Assembly: GCF_001194135.2 (NCBI RefSeq)
Contig: NC_068983.1
Span: forward strand, 99,179,683 to 99,243,682
From: Octopus bimaculoides
Taxonomy: Eukaryota
Reading direction: 5' to 3'
Length of the DNA stretch: 64,000 bases
Below the pieces are notes generated by a model. That model was not told the origin of the DNA. It was given only the letters and a program-made list of their open reading frames with translations, and ran no database searches. Below, piece by piece: positions 1-11,670 of the stretch. How positions within the stretch are numbered: the stretch's first letter is position 1; every line of letters begins with the position of its first letter. Made by a program: the position numbers and the translations under genes.

Positions 1-1933
1 TTCAATCTATGGCCCACCAAATGGGCTGCATCCTTTGTCTTTTCTATTATAAAACAATGGCTTCTGATCTTATGCCCCTTTACACTCAAGCACTCTTGAT
101 TTGCACATCTTTCCTCTTCTCATAATCCTGTGTCCACCCAACTCCTGACCCCACATAACGACAAGGCCCAGACCTTTCCTTCTGGAATGTTTGCAAGCCC
201 TCAAGAATTCCTTTCCTACACTTGCCAACTTATACAGTTTCAGGGGAACATTATTAGCATCAACCATACCAGTTGTGAAGGGGCTACAGGTCATAAGCAC
301 TTCTCCTTCCTCCAGACTAAATTAAAGTGAAAAAAAATCCAGATAATGAAATGAATGGAATTAGTGGCAGATTACATGATGTCATCATACATTAGCAACT
401 AAATTATATATATATATATATATATATATACCTATCATTATCATCGTTTTAACGTCCACTTTTCCATACTCGCATGGGTCAGATGGGACTGGAGGCGAAT
501 TTTTTACGGTCAGATGCCTTTCCTATCGCCAATACTCACCTGTTGCCAAGGGAATATTTTCCCATAACCAGACATTATCACAGTATAAAGAAAAGACATA
601 CATCAAGGCAAAGAGGCTGACACACACNNNNNNNNNNCAACTTATACAGTTTCAGGGGAACATTATTAGCATCAACCATACCAGTTGTGAAGGGGCTACA
701 GGTCATAAGCACTTCTCCTTCCTCCAGACTAAATTAAAGTGAAAAGAATTTGTGTTTGCCTTAAATAATCGTAAATAATAATTTAATGTAAATTAAATAT
801 ACTCCATTTTATGAGAAACAAACATTAATGTTTAATAATTAATGTTATAAAGTTTAATAAGGGGCTCAAATTTCACCCCCTCGCCCAATTTTAAATTTTG
901 AACTTTTTCATCCATTTATTTGTCTGTCTATCTATTTATCCCTGCCCGTTTATTTATAAAATATATTTGTCAACTAAATGTGGCGGTCCTATAGAAGACG
1001 TAGTCCCAGGAAGACAATTTATTCTATCTTTTTAAATAAAAATCTGTTTTTCACTATTATCGCATTTTATTACATCTGAATGAATGAATGAAAACTCGAA
1101 AATTTCAAGTCTTGGAAACTAAATCTCAACTCTTATTGTAATGGTAAATATATTTATATCTGATTATTTGCACGCATAATTTTTCTAATGCTAAAGTTCA
1201 GAGTATGTTTACTTTATTATTGAATACATATTTTGTAATTTATTGCTGAATAAGTCTTATACTGAAACAGTCTTTATACTGTTTAACTGGAATATCTAAC
1301 GTAACCATCAAACTAAATTTTGATAACTATTTTCCTTTCACTTATAATCTATGCTTTTCATTTCAGCATCAGATAGTGGAACATTTTGAATGTGCATTAA
1401 AGATATTACTTTATGGGTTAAATATTAACCGAGACACCATGTACAAAAGACGAATAAACCAATACACGTGAAAAGATTTAAGAACTGAAGGAAATCCAAA
1501 AGCCATCAAATACCTCGTTTCGTGGTGGCAGTTACCTTAGAGAAGCTAAAATCGAAGTATGCTGATATACATCATATATACAAGCAGTAAGCTAAAGTAT
1601 TTAAAGGTTTTATAATCTTTCAGAAATAGAATTTAATAAAATTACGTGTTTAAAACACCTTGATGTCGAGATAAATTAGAAAAATGTGAAATGTAATGAA
1701 CATTTTCTTTTAGATAACTACAAACATGGTGCTTGTAATCAAAAGTATTTAATTATAAATATTTTAAGCAAACTTATTTACAATAGTGAATAAACTTTAC
1801 AGTGAACCTACTTGTAAAAAAATGCTAATGTTTACAGAATATGTTAAGATTTGGACAGAACATGAAATTATAGAATGTATTAGACTTGAAGCCACGTGGT
1901 TAATGTTACAGATAAACATTCACTATAACGAAC

Positions 1934-2085
1934 CTTAATTTTTTCAAATCAAGAGGATTAGGATCTGATGCAAGCAAATTTCCTTGGTCAAAATCAAGTT
2001 CAACATCTTTCTGAACTTCGATACTTTTGAAACGAGCTTCTTTTTCGGCAGCTTCACGTAAAACTTCGGCAACGACGTCAGCCAT
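1934..2085 (-). CDS. RRS1: First coding exon of ribosome biogenesis regulatory protein RRS1; the gene continues off the left edge
   Basis: Manual translation from ATG at 2085 gives MADVVAEVLREAAEKEARFKSIEVQKDVELDFDQGNLLASDPNPLDLKKL(R). This matches the RRS1 N-terminal motif (V.K..EL.FD.GNLLASD.NP). It ends in a phase-2 donor AG|GTTCGT at 1933. No downstream RRS1 exon was recognised in 1-1932. Confidence 0.9.
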
Positions 2086-2104
2086 GTTTCTCGTGTATTA
2101 ACAA

Positions 2105-2340
2105 TATTGACCAATCAGATTATTCAAAAACTTTGTTACGGTAACTTCCGGTTGTGTTTTAACACAACATACCTTGTCACATGTTCACATCCTTTTACTG
2201 CACAGCTGACCATAATTTACAATAACAATAACTTTGTGATTAACTAGAGGCGTGAACCTAGGCAAGTTGGACTCCTTCCCGATTGTGTGTTCCTCGAGAA
2301 ATGCCATGTGAATAAATTTCAAGATTTTGGCGGGAATATA
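2105..2340. promoter_or_regulatory. CpG-retaining RRS1 promoter region, possibly bidirectional
   Basis: GACCAATCAG (CCAAT box) near 2110, ACTTCCGG (ETS-type) at 2144-2151 and TTTTGGCGGGAA (E2F-type) at 2325-2336, immediately upstream of the RRS1 ATG. CpGs are retained, unlike in the flanks. Confidence 0.6.
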
Positions 2341-2449
2341 TTATAAGCTTCAATTATTGATAGAAATGAAAAACAGTAGCCCTGTTTTTCAGGTTGGTGC
2401 TTATCTTGTTTTACAATAACTTTACGGTAGGGACTCACGTAACATAGTG

Positions 2450-2515
2450 TAGCGGACGCCAGCCGTTTTTACACCACGGACAGGTTTCATGCATGACAAT
2501 TTTTCCACAGACCGA
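2450..2515 (+). mobile_element. Degenerate hAT-Charlie-type 5' terminus
   Basis: TAGCGGACGCCAGCCGTTTTTACACCACGGACAGGTTTCATGCATGACAATTTTTCCACAGACC resembles the remembered MER1-type Charlie 5' end (CAGCGGTCCCCAACCTTTTTGGCACCAGGGACCGGTTTCGTGGAAGACAATTTTTCCACGGACC). Confidence 0.55.
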
Positions 2516-3196
2516 GAAATCACACACATAACAAAGCACAATTAAGTGCATAACATAATTAAATTATTGCATATATTATACTTATATATTACATACATAA
2601 TACAAAAATAACCTGCAGACTGCAAATAGTCAATTAAGTTTTTAAAATTATTCCTTCTATGCGACCTGGTAGTTCTGGACTACGGAATTATAGGGAACAG
2701 AAAAATCATCGAAGATTTATCTAAGCAATTAGTTGATAAAACCTCCCTACTACTAATTTACATAACTTCAGTTGACCGAAAGTTTTGTTTTTGTTTTAGC
2801 GAATTCTCTGTGTGAGACACATTTTTTATTTTAATTTTTTTTTTTTTGTAGAATGCATAAAACTCCCCTGAAATATTTTCTTCAGTCGTATTGTTGATAC
2901 TGACAATAACATAATTCTATTTCATATATATTTTTTTAAATGTCAAAGAAAATCCTTGTTATCAGAAAAATAAAAGAAGAAAATGTAGTATGGTTTTGTA
3001 AAATTGCTTCAACTTATCTTAAAATATTAATCCAGATCGATGATGCGTCAGCTGTTATCATCCTAATTTTTTTCTTCCAAGCATTAAGTATCTGGCACTA
3101 CCATGATCCAACGTGTCTTTCCATTTTTAAAATGATAGTAGTGTGTAGAAGATTCAGGTGTTATTTCTAGCACATAGGTGAATCGATCCTTTAGAA

Positions 3197-3547
3197 GAGT
3201 GGTTCTCGGCTATTTTTTTTATTTACGGACCCCTTTGATTATTATTTTATTCTGGTGGACCCCGATATTCATTCGATGTTTATAAACGAGTTTTATAGTT
3301 ACTTCTTTCAAAATTCCTTTTTTTTTTTTTTCATTCACACATTAACTTATGTGGGTTAAATTACGTAAAAACATTAGAGAAAGAAATTTATCTGTTTCTG
3401 GCAATTAATACATTTAAATCTAAACTTTTTCATGAACCCATAAAATACTACTGTAGATCTCCAATTTACTATTTTGCTAGCGTGGACCCCTAAAAATCTT
3501 ACATGGACCCCCTAGGGAGCCATGTAGACTCCTGTTGAGAACCTCTG
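3197..3547. mobile_element. hAT-type MITE
   Basis: Termini GAGTGGTTCTC ... GAGAACCTCTG, flanked by an 8-bp target-site duplication CTTTAGAA (3189-3196) / ATTTAGAA (3548-3555). Subterminal GGACCCC repeats are present. Confidence 0.8.
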
Positions 3548-3743
3548 ATTTAGAAGGTCCTATGACAGAACGAGCAGACAAGACTGTTAGTGCACTTATA
3601 ACTTTCTTTAATGTGTCTGAAAGGAAATAGTGTTACTCAGGAATTATGAGATTGGGAACACAAGTTGTCAATAGTTCGTTCAATTTAAGGATTTGGGTTG
3701 TTCTTAGAATTGGAATACAAAGGTAACGTATTAACAATTAATC

Positions 3744-4315
3744 TTTTATCTTTAACTTGTTTCAGGCAATAGATAGTGGCTGTGCTGGAGCACCACCTAG
3801 AAGAATATAGTCGAACAAATCGACCTCAGTACTTATTTTATTAAAGTCTGGGACTTATTCTATCGGTTCACTTGTGTCAAACCACAAAGTTATGGGAGCA
3901 TAAACAAACCAATGCTGGTTGTCAAGCGGCAGTCGGGGACAAACATAACACACACACACTCATACACGCACGCCCACACGCATATATACGGCAGGTTTCC
4001 TTCAGTTTCTGTTTACCAAATCCACTTACAAGGATTTGATTAATGTAGGGAGAATTCACAAAAAAAAACAACAGATGAAGACAGGTGGTGTAGATAACAA
4101 ACAGATATATTAGTATAATGCTCGGGAAGTGAAAAAGTCTTTAACATTTTGAGCCTATGCTCTTCCACAGAAAGGAACATGGAGAGAAAAAAAAGGAATG
4201 TGTAGTGGCTAGCAATCTACAGAAGATGAAACTTGCCCAAGGGGCTATGCAGTGGGACTGAACCCAAGACCATGTGGTTGGAAAGCAAGCTTCTTACCCA
4301 CGCAGCCATGCCTAC
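3744..4315 (-). mobile_element. SINE family A copy interrupted by an ~180-bp insert (4045-4225)
   Basis: The 3' half (3744-4042) and the tRNA-like head (4228-4315) match the family A copy at 14988-15397. Confidence 0.75.
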
Positions 4316-4424
4316 ATCGTATTATTAGTTTGGACTTATAACAAATAAATCTTGAGAGTTGCATTTGAAGAGGGCGGGATCAAGACATATGGAAGCATAA
4401 GGCAGTAGAAATATTAATCAGCCA

Positions 4425-4920
4425 AGAGACCTCCTGGATCTGGCCTTGTCGTGTGGACCTACCTGGATCAACCAAGCAGACCTCCTGGATTTGGCCTTGT
4501 CGTGTGGATCCTCCTGGATCAGCCAAGCAAACCTCCTGGATCTTGCCTTGTCATGGCTTGCATGTTCCATAGATCTAAGAGAGCATTACAGTCAGGAGCT
4601 TTGCTCCTGATAGGGAGGCCAGTCTCCCAGGGAGGTTCCAGACTAATGGTGACCTGTGGCACATTGGCTCATTGCCTAGAATGCAGCCCCATCATCTGAT
4701 TATTCTGTAGAGGAACAACAATTCACCAGAAGAATCTCAACATATTGTGACTGACCAGAAGAAAACTAGATTGCTCAGCATCAGAATGGACTCTTACAAG
4801 CTCCCAAACCAATAAGAATACAGAGGGGCTGGCACAGGACAGCCAGAGATGATGAACCTGGTCAGCTCCATGCACAATGGCACTTCTGGGACCATTAACC
4901 TAGGATCCTAGTATGGCCTG
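4425..4920 (-). mobile_element. Decayed LINE 3' region (RTE-like) with a ~51-bp tandem repeat at 4425-4555
   Basis: The unit CAAGCAGACCTCCTGGATCTGGCCTTGTCGTGTGGA... is seen about 2.6 times. Minus-strand translation weakly resembles RT C-terminal sequence. Confidence 0.4.
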
Positions 4921-4961
4921 ATTGAGCAGGAGCATGAGAGTATAATATAATTAGCAATTTC

Positions 4962-5352
4962 AAAAGAGTGTATTGCTGTGTGGTAAAAAGCTTGCTTCCC
5001 AACCACTTGGTTCTAGGTTTAGTCCTACTACTTGGCACTTTGGGCAAGTGTTTTCTATTATAGCCTTAGGCCAAACAAAGCCTCGTGAGTGGATTTGGTA
5101 GATGGAAAGTGAGAGAAGCCCATCATGTGTGTGTCTTTGCATCTATGTTTGTCCCACTACCACTGCTTAACAGCTGGTGTTGGTGCATTACGTCCTCATA
5201 ACTTAGCGGTTCAACAAAAGAGATCGATAGAATATGTTCTAGCCTCAACAAAAATAAATTCTGGGGTCAATTTGTTTGACTAAAACCCTTCAAGGTGGTG
5301 ATCCAGCATAGCCACAGTCAAATGACTAAAACAAGTAAAATAATAAAAGAAT
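4962..5352 (+). mobile_element. SINE family A, near full length
   Basis: Head TTGCTGTGTGGTAAAAAGCTTGCTTCCCAACCAC through tail GACTAAAACAAGTAAAA; colinear with 14988-15397. Confidence 0.85.
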
Positions 5353-5379
5353 CATTGTAATAGCCACATGAGATATAAG

Positions 5380-6340
5380 GGAGGACATATGTTCAGTGTA
5401 GATAGGTGGTTATGGTGGAAAGGTTTAATTATCTGAGAAATTGTCTTTTATTGAATACAGTTCAGATTGTTCATAGCCTTGACCTGAAAGTTCTCCAAAA
5501 GAGATTACTCAGATGGTTCTCATCAAAACCCAGAATGTCTCCTTGGTCACTATTGTTCAATCCATCCATTAGTTTTTGACACTCAATTGACTGCATTGTG
5601 CAGGTGAGTGTCAAGCAATATTGCTGATGTTAAATGCCAACCTCAGTATTTAACTCAAGACTGAAGCTCAATTGGAGAGAAGCTGTAGAAAGACATGTCA
5701 CATGATCCCAGTTGTTTTTTATTATCTTTATCAAAGGATCTAAGTTAGTAAGTCAGCTTCAGCATGAATCTATCCTCAATTTGGTAAGATGTTTCCTGGA
5801 GCAAGGCACAATCATCAAGTGGTAGTACACTTCTAAAGCAATGTAAATGTGAACTATTTCTACCCAATCTTTCAGGGATAATTTCTAATCAACCTAATTC
5901 TGGATGAGATTGTCCAATCCACTCACAAATTTTTCCTGTTTTTTTTTTGTCTTTATTTAGAGGTCTGGCCTGAACTACATTCAAATATCAAAATCATGCT
6001 CTAGATCCAGTGACAGAAACCACCATTTTACATGGGCTTGCCTTTCCACATGCTAAGTTGCAAGTCCACTGAATTGTTCCAGTTAATACTTACTCAGTTA
6101 CCTCCTGGTACTCCTCCAGTATAGTGCCAGTCATTTCAATTTCCAGTGCGTCTAGTCTGATGGCAATCTTATTAATATACCAGACACAGCTTTTCTACAT
6201 CTTAAATCAAGTGGAATGCTCCTCACCATCTTGAACCTCCCCAGTAATGGCTTAAGTGCAAAAGTGTATGAGAGGTGAACCATGCAGGCAATATGAAATG
6301 GTTTTGAGAGGTGGCCATTTAGTTTTACTGACAAATATAT
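5380..6340 (-). mobile_element. Highly decayed L1/Tx1-like LINE 3' remnant
   Basis: Stop-riddled minus-strand translation resembles the post-RT region of Tx1-like elements. AATAAA lies at the minus-strand end near 5450. Confidence 0.4.
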
Positions 6341-6472
6341 ACCGTTATACATTGTAACAATACAGTGTTTGAAATCTAGACAAAATCTTAAATATTCAAA
6401 TTTTACTAGCTAACTCTTTCCCTATTTGTACGTAAAAATTTATCAAAAGATTTTCAGTCTTAGTTAAACTAT

Positions 6473-6517
6473 GCTATACTGATGATGAGGACCAATAGAC
6501 TGAAACATGTCTGTAGT
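6473..6517 (+). ncRNA. Degenerate minimal type I hammerhead ribozyme motif (Penelope-like)
   Basis: GCTATA-CTGATGA-tgaggaccaatagact-GAAAC-AT-GTC-TGTAGT: both conserved core boxes, a palindromic ACATGT stem III, a GUC cleavage triplet and a 6-bp stem I (with G-U pairs). Stem II is imperfect. Confidence 0.55.
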
Positions 6518-7074
6518 TATCCTTACCTATAAACAACGATCAGAATGTCCTTTCCCTAAGTATTTAAATTGACTTGGTTAGAAATATCAAAGTCACTGAA
6601 ACTGAGAAGTTTTGAGAATAGCAAGAACCTTCAAACAAATAGCTGGAAAGAGAAGGTACTCAATAGGTAATTCATGCAACAAACAATGGATGCTAGAAGT
6701 AAAGAATGATAGTTGTAGCTGAGTGACAAAAGCCTGAAATAAGAAACTGAATTGCTAATTATAACCACCCAGGATCAAGACACATCATTTGTCCCTATGG
6801 TAATTGGTACACTTAGCATGATGCTCAAACTGTCTGAAGGATTGGAATTGTGACAAGTATTTTTGACCTACAGAAAAGTGCAATCCTTATTCTACAAGAT
6901 TCATAAAAAATGATTCTTGAGATTTGAGGTAGCTGGTCACTAATCCTCAGGATAACATTCCTGCTCATTAAATTAGCATGTAGTAGCTTTTGTATAATAA
7001 TACCAATATTATTATTATAAAAATGATGGACTCATCTTCTGTTGAAAATGACATATGAGTTCAGCTTTTGCCAA

Positions 7075-7325
7075 ATGACCTGCACAAATGATTTTTTTAT
7101 AGTGATCAAATGCTTGTGCTGCATATTAACTCAGTCTCTCCATCAAATCAACATTGTCTGAACAAGTGCATGATGTGCCACATGTCAAGTGTCAAAGTGA
7201 TTGCAGAGCAACATGAGATGAAATGTTTTGCTCAAGAACACAATGCACTACCTGGTTTAGGAATTGAAATTCCAGTCTAGCAATTGTAAGTGCAACACAC
7301 TAACCACTAGACCATGCACCCTCAC
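7075..7325 (-). mobile_element. SINE family C
   Basis: tRNA-like head (GCATGGTCTAGTGGTTAGTGTGTTGCAC ... TTTCAATTCCTA) shared with 19185-19390 and 45245-45485. Confidence 0.8.
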
Positions 7326-7357
<32 letters not shown>

Positions 7358-7400
7358 TAATAATAATAATAATAATAAATAATAATAATAATAATAATAA
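7324..7400. repeat. (AAT)n microsatellite
   Basis: About 25 AAT units read directly. Confidence 0.95.
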
Positions 7401-7522
7401 CACCTACATGAACTTCTAACTTGTTGTCTCTTGAGGTCTCTGGGTGAGACTTGGATCCAACTTGTACAAATGCAAAGCAAAAATCAAACATAAAATAATA
7501 ATAATAATATTAATAATAATAA

Positions 7523-7855
7523 TGGTTTCAAATTTTGGTACAGGGTTAGCAATTTCAGGGAGGAGCTAAGTCAATTACATTAACCCCAGTACTCAACTGG
7601 TACTTATTTTATTGACCCCTGAAAGGATGAAAAGTTAAGTCAACCTTGGCGGAATCTGAACAGACAATGTAATGATGGACAAAATGCTGCTAAGCATTTT
7701 GCCTGGCATGTTAACAATTCTGCCAGTTTGTCTCCTTAAAGAATGAAAGGCAAAGTTGAACTTGGCAGATTCTGAACTCAGAATATAGTGACAGGTGAAA
7801 AATATTGCTAAGCATTTCATCTAGCATGCTAACAATTCTGCCAGCTCGCTGCCTT
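7523..7855 (-). mobile_element. SINE family B, one full and one partial copy
   Basis: Reverse complement matches GAGCTGGCAGAATCGTTAGCATGC...TGAGTTCAAAT...GCCTTTCATCCTTTC...AAGTACCAGTTGAGTACTGGGG. Confidence 0.8.
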
Positions 7856-9204
7856 GATAATGATAATAATGATGATGAGGAGGAGGAGGATTTCTAACAT
7901 ACATACAAAGTCTCAGAGTTCTGGAGATTAGTGTAGTTGATTTAATCAACCTGAATATATGACTGGTGTTTATTCTATCTACCCAATGAAACGAAAGCTA
8001 ACGTTAACTCCTACGAGATTTGAACTCACACAATAAATACTGCAGAATACTGACATTTCATCCACCATCCGAGAAACAATAATAATTTCTCACATTGGCA
8101 CAAAGCCACATCTTTAATGTGGGGAGGTAATATATAGTTAATTGAATCAACTTCAATATTTTACTTTTATGCTACTTATTGAAGATTTGAACTAGGAACA
8201 TAAAGAGAAGTAACTAAATACTTCAAGGCATTTAGCCAAGAATTCTACCAATTTTGTGCCCTATGTGTGTATGTGTGTGTGAATTAAGTAATTAAGTTAT
8301 ATAAGCACAGAAATTACATAGTTTGGGTTTTATTTCTATTATTCCTCCCGTGACTAACCAGTTAACAATTTTGAAAAAGAAACATCTAAAACAAATTCTA
8401 TAACAGGTTTAAATATTTTCCGTTCAATTTAAAATTGTTAAGGCGGTTTAGTTTATATCATTCCTTTTATTTTATTCTCAATAGAAAAGACTATTTTCAA
8501 GCCAGCCATTTTGAATGATCTTATTTTCTGGTTGTGGAATAAGATATGTTGGGATAATTTCTGCAGTTTTTAACTTTCAACTGTTCCACTATCCTACAAT
8601 ATTTTGGTAATGTTATCAGATATTCTAATTACATCATTATCAAAACATTTCTAACTTGATTCATTGATCACTTGCAGTGGCCCTACATTTTATAAAAGAA
8701 ATAAAATACTTTCACTTTTATATATATATATATATATATATAAGTAACTTAATACGAAAGTTCTACTAATTCAAGGAATTACAGTTTATCTGGAGAATAT
8801 TTATGAATTGGTTCCATCCTTTCACTAATATCATGCATTCTACATAAGTTATCAAGAACACGTACATTACAACATATCTGTCTGTGACTGCTTGAATGAC
8901 AGTATCCAGTCAGTCAGTAGTAATGTTTTAGTTAAATCAGAAAAGGAAACTCATAAAATATGGCTGTACATAAGGGAAATAATTATGATTGTTCTACATA
9001 TTGTCTAACTTGTTTTAGCTATCAAAAACATTTTATCTATAGTTTCAAACAAATTAGATTGAACTTAAGTTGTCATATTTTCCTATCAGTGTGATTTATG
9101 GTTGGTTTGGCACTTTACTCAAAGCCAACTGTTGTGTATTATTAATTCTTAACTACATGAAATGGGAGAATTAAAAACAGTAAATTACTGAAGCGTTATT
9201 TATC

Positions 9205-9580
9205 TTCTTTTACTTGTTTCAGTCATTAGACTGCGGCCATGCTACAGTACCACCTTGAGGAACTTTTAGTCAAATGTATCGACCCCAGTACTTATTTTAC
9301 AAAAGCCTGGTACTTATTCTATCGGTCTTTTTTGGCGAACCGCTAAGTTACAGGGTCGTAAACACACCAGCACTGATTGTCAAGAGGTGGTGAGGGGACA
9401 AACATAGACACAAAGACACACACACATACGACGGGCTTCTTTCAGTTTTCGTCTGCCAAACCCACTCATAAGGCTTTGGTCAGCCCAACGTTATAGTAGA
9501 AGACACTTGCTCAAGGTGCCACAGTGGGACTGAACCCGAAACCATGTGATTGGGAAGCAAGCCTGTTACAACAGAGCCCT
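9205..9580 (-). mobile_element. SINE family A
   Basis: Colinear with the reverse complement of 14988-15397. Confidence 0.85.
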
Positions 9581-9724
9581 GCCTATTAGAAACCATTAAA
9601 GTGTGTGTCGTGGGGGACAATGAAGGCAATTGACTGTGGCCTTTCTGGGGCACTATCTTGAAAGGTTTAAGTTGAACAAATTAACCCCAGTAATTATTTC
9701 TTTTAGTTTGGTATTTATCCTATA

Positions 9725-9828
9725 CAGGGTGATTCAAAAGTCACCATACATACATTTATTTGTTTATAAGAAACAGTTAAATAAAAAAATAAATTGTTCT
9801 TATGTATGGCGACTTTTGAATCACCCTG
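9725..9828. mobile_element. 104-bp Tc1/mariner-type MITE nested in a family A SINE (~9640-10085, minus)
   Basis: About 27-bp TIRs CAGGGTGATTCAAAAGTCACCATACAT / ATGTATGGCGACTTTTGAATCACCCTG, preceded by TA. SINE sequence resumes on both sides. Confidence 0.85.
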
Positions 9829-9906
9829 TTGATCTCTTTTAATGAACAGCTAAGTTGCAGGACATAAATAAACTAACATCAGTTGTCAAGTGATAGTGGA
9901 AAGGGA

Positions 9907-9944
<38 letters not shown>

Positions 9945-10849
9945 TGCATGCACACAAACATAATGACGGGTTTCCACAGAGCTTTCCGTTTATCAAATTC
10001 CCTCACAATGGATTTGTCAGCCTGGGGCTACAGTAAAAGACACATGCTTAAGGCACCATGCAGTGGGACTGAACCTGTGCAAAATCAAAAAGATTCATGC
10101 AATGTTTGTAGTAGCCTTCTTCGATCAATACAATAAGCATCAGTCAAGCACCAACAATTTTGCTCTTCACCATTAAAAATGTGTAGCCGTGCGTTTAAGG
10201 TAGAAATTGATATTTAGAAATAAGGGAAAGGGGACTGAAACATGCATACTTTAATTCATGTAGTTCAACCAGTCGTGAGTGGGACCCAGTTTGTACAATT
10301 TCACACAAACAGTTGTTGTCATCATCGTCGCCCTCATCTCTGTCACCATTGTTGCTGTTGTCATCGCTGTCATTGTTGTTATTTATTGAGGCAGATTTTC
10401 TACAGACGGATGTCCTTCTAATTGCCAACCCATATTTGTTTGCAAGTGATGTAATATTTTGCCGACAGAGGTAAAAATCTCTCTGAACTTATATATATAT
10501 ATATATATATAATTATCCGAAATGTATAGTATTATATATCCATCGTGGCTGATCTTACCAATTGGTTTCACGCAAGAAATACAATGGAGGTAACAATCTG
10601 ATTATATAACCTTATGCTCATCAGAGTTACCGATATGGAAGGAAATATGGTGAGTGTCTGGAGTGAGTCATATTGTCTTAATGCCTTATACACTCATTGG
10701 TTCGATTTCCACTCATTAATTATTTATATATTTTCTTCCAAAATTTTTGTTGCCTTTTGCAACTTTGTCAATGGATATTGTTGGGCCTCATAGAGGCAAA
10801 GTGGCTGAGTTCCTTTCGAGTATTGGGCCTCACACAGGCAATGACTAAG

Positions 10850-11122
10850 ACCTTTGGCACTATGTCATGCTTGAGAAGAAGACCCATCAAGCTGAACAAA
10901 ATCATAGTCGTGGCAGATATCAGTGTTACACAAATGGCACTCATACTGGTGGCACATAAAAGCACCCATTACACTCTCAGAGTGGATGGTGTTAAGAAGG
11001 GCATCCAGCCGTAGAAAACCATGCCAAATGAGACTGGTGTCTGGTGCAGCTTTCCAGTGTGCCAACTCCAGTCAAACTGTCCAACTCATGCCAGCATGGA
11101 CAACAGATGTTAAATGATGATA
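10850..11122 (+). mobile_element. Repeat family D (SINE-like, with (GAT)n tail); further copies at 29100-29310, 29615-29795, 52100-52370, 57235-57460 (+) and 61665-61870 (-)
   Basis: Shared AAAAGCACCCAGTACACTCTG...AGGAAGGGCATCCAGCCGTAGAAACC...CCAACCCATGCCAGCATGGA...GTTAAATGATGAT. Confidence 0.8.
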
Positions 11123-11133
11123 CACACACATAT

Positions 11134-11670
11134 ACAGGGTGTGTAAGGTATTTGAGGACATAACTTTCTTGGGCCATTGCTACATTTTTTGCTAACTCTG
11201 TATAATCTTTGCTTCAGAAAATAATAATGGCAGACCCTCAGCTTACTCATTATTGTGGTTATAAAGGCTGAGCATAGTGATTTAGAAATATCTCGATTTT
11301 TAAAAAGTGCCAGATCTTTCGTCTACTAAGCTAGAGACTGAAGATGGAAGCGTATCACCAGTATCAAAGCATAAAACGCATTCTAAATGCTCTGAAACCA
11401 TCAGAACATCTGAATTCATCCAGTTAGTTCAATAGACCTTTGATTACAATCCCAGAAAGTTCATGAGGTCAATTGCAAAAGATCTCCATGTGTCAGAAGG
11501 AGCAGTCAGAAATGTTGTCCACAAAGGCATCAGATATAAGTATTATATGATGAGGAAAGGTCAATTTGTCAGAAAAAGCAAAAGAAAATCACTACATCAG
11601 ATCTAAAAGGCTCTTAGACGAACTGAAAAATCACGTAGAAGATTTTTGATTTGGTTTTTCTCAAATGTTT
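11134..11670 (+). mobile_element. Tc1/mariner transposase remnant
   Basis: Begins TA-CAGGGTGTG. Internal translation is NPRK.MRSIAKDLHVSEGAVRNVVHKGIRYKYYMMRKGQF/KAKENHYIRSKRLLDELKNH..WFFS (HTH region up to the start of the catalytic domain), with frameshifts. Confidence 0.75.

Noticed and set aside
226-745. 108-bp direct duplication (226-333 and 638-745)
   Set aside because: Identical copies next to an N-gap and microsatellite; most likely an unmerged overlap or haplotype artefact.
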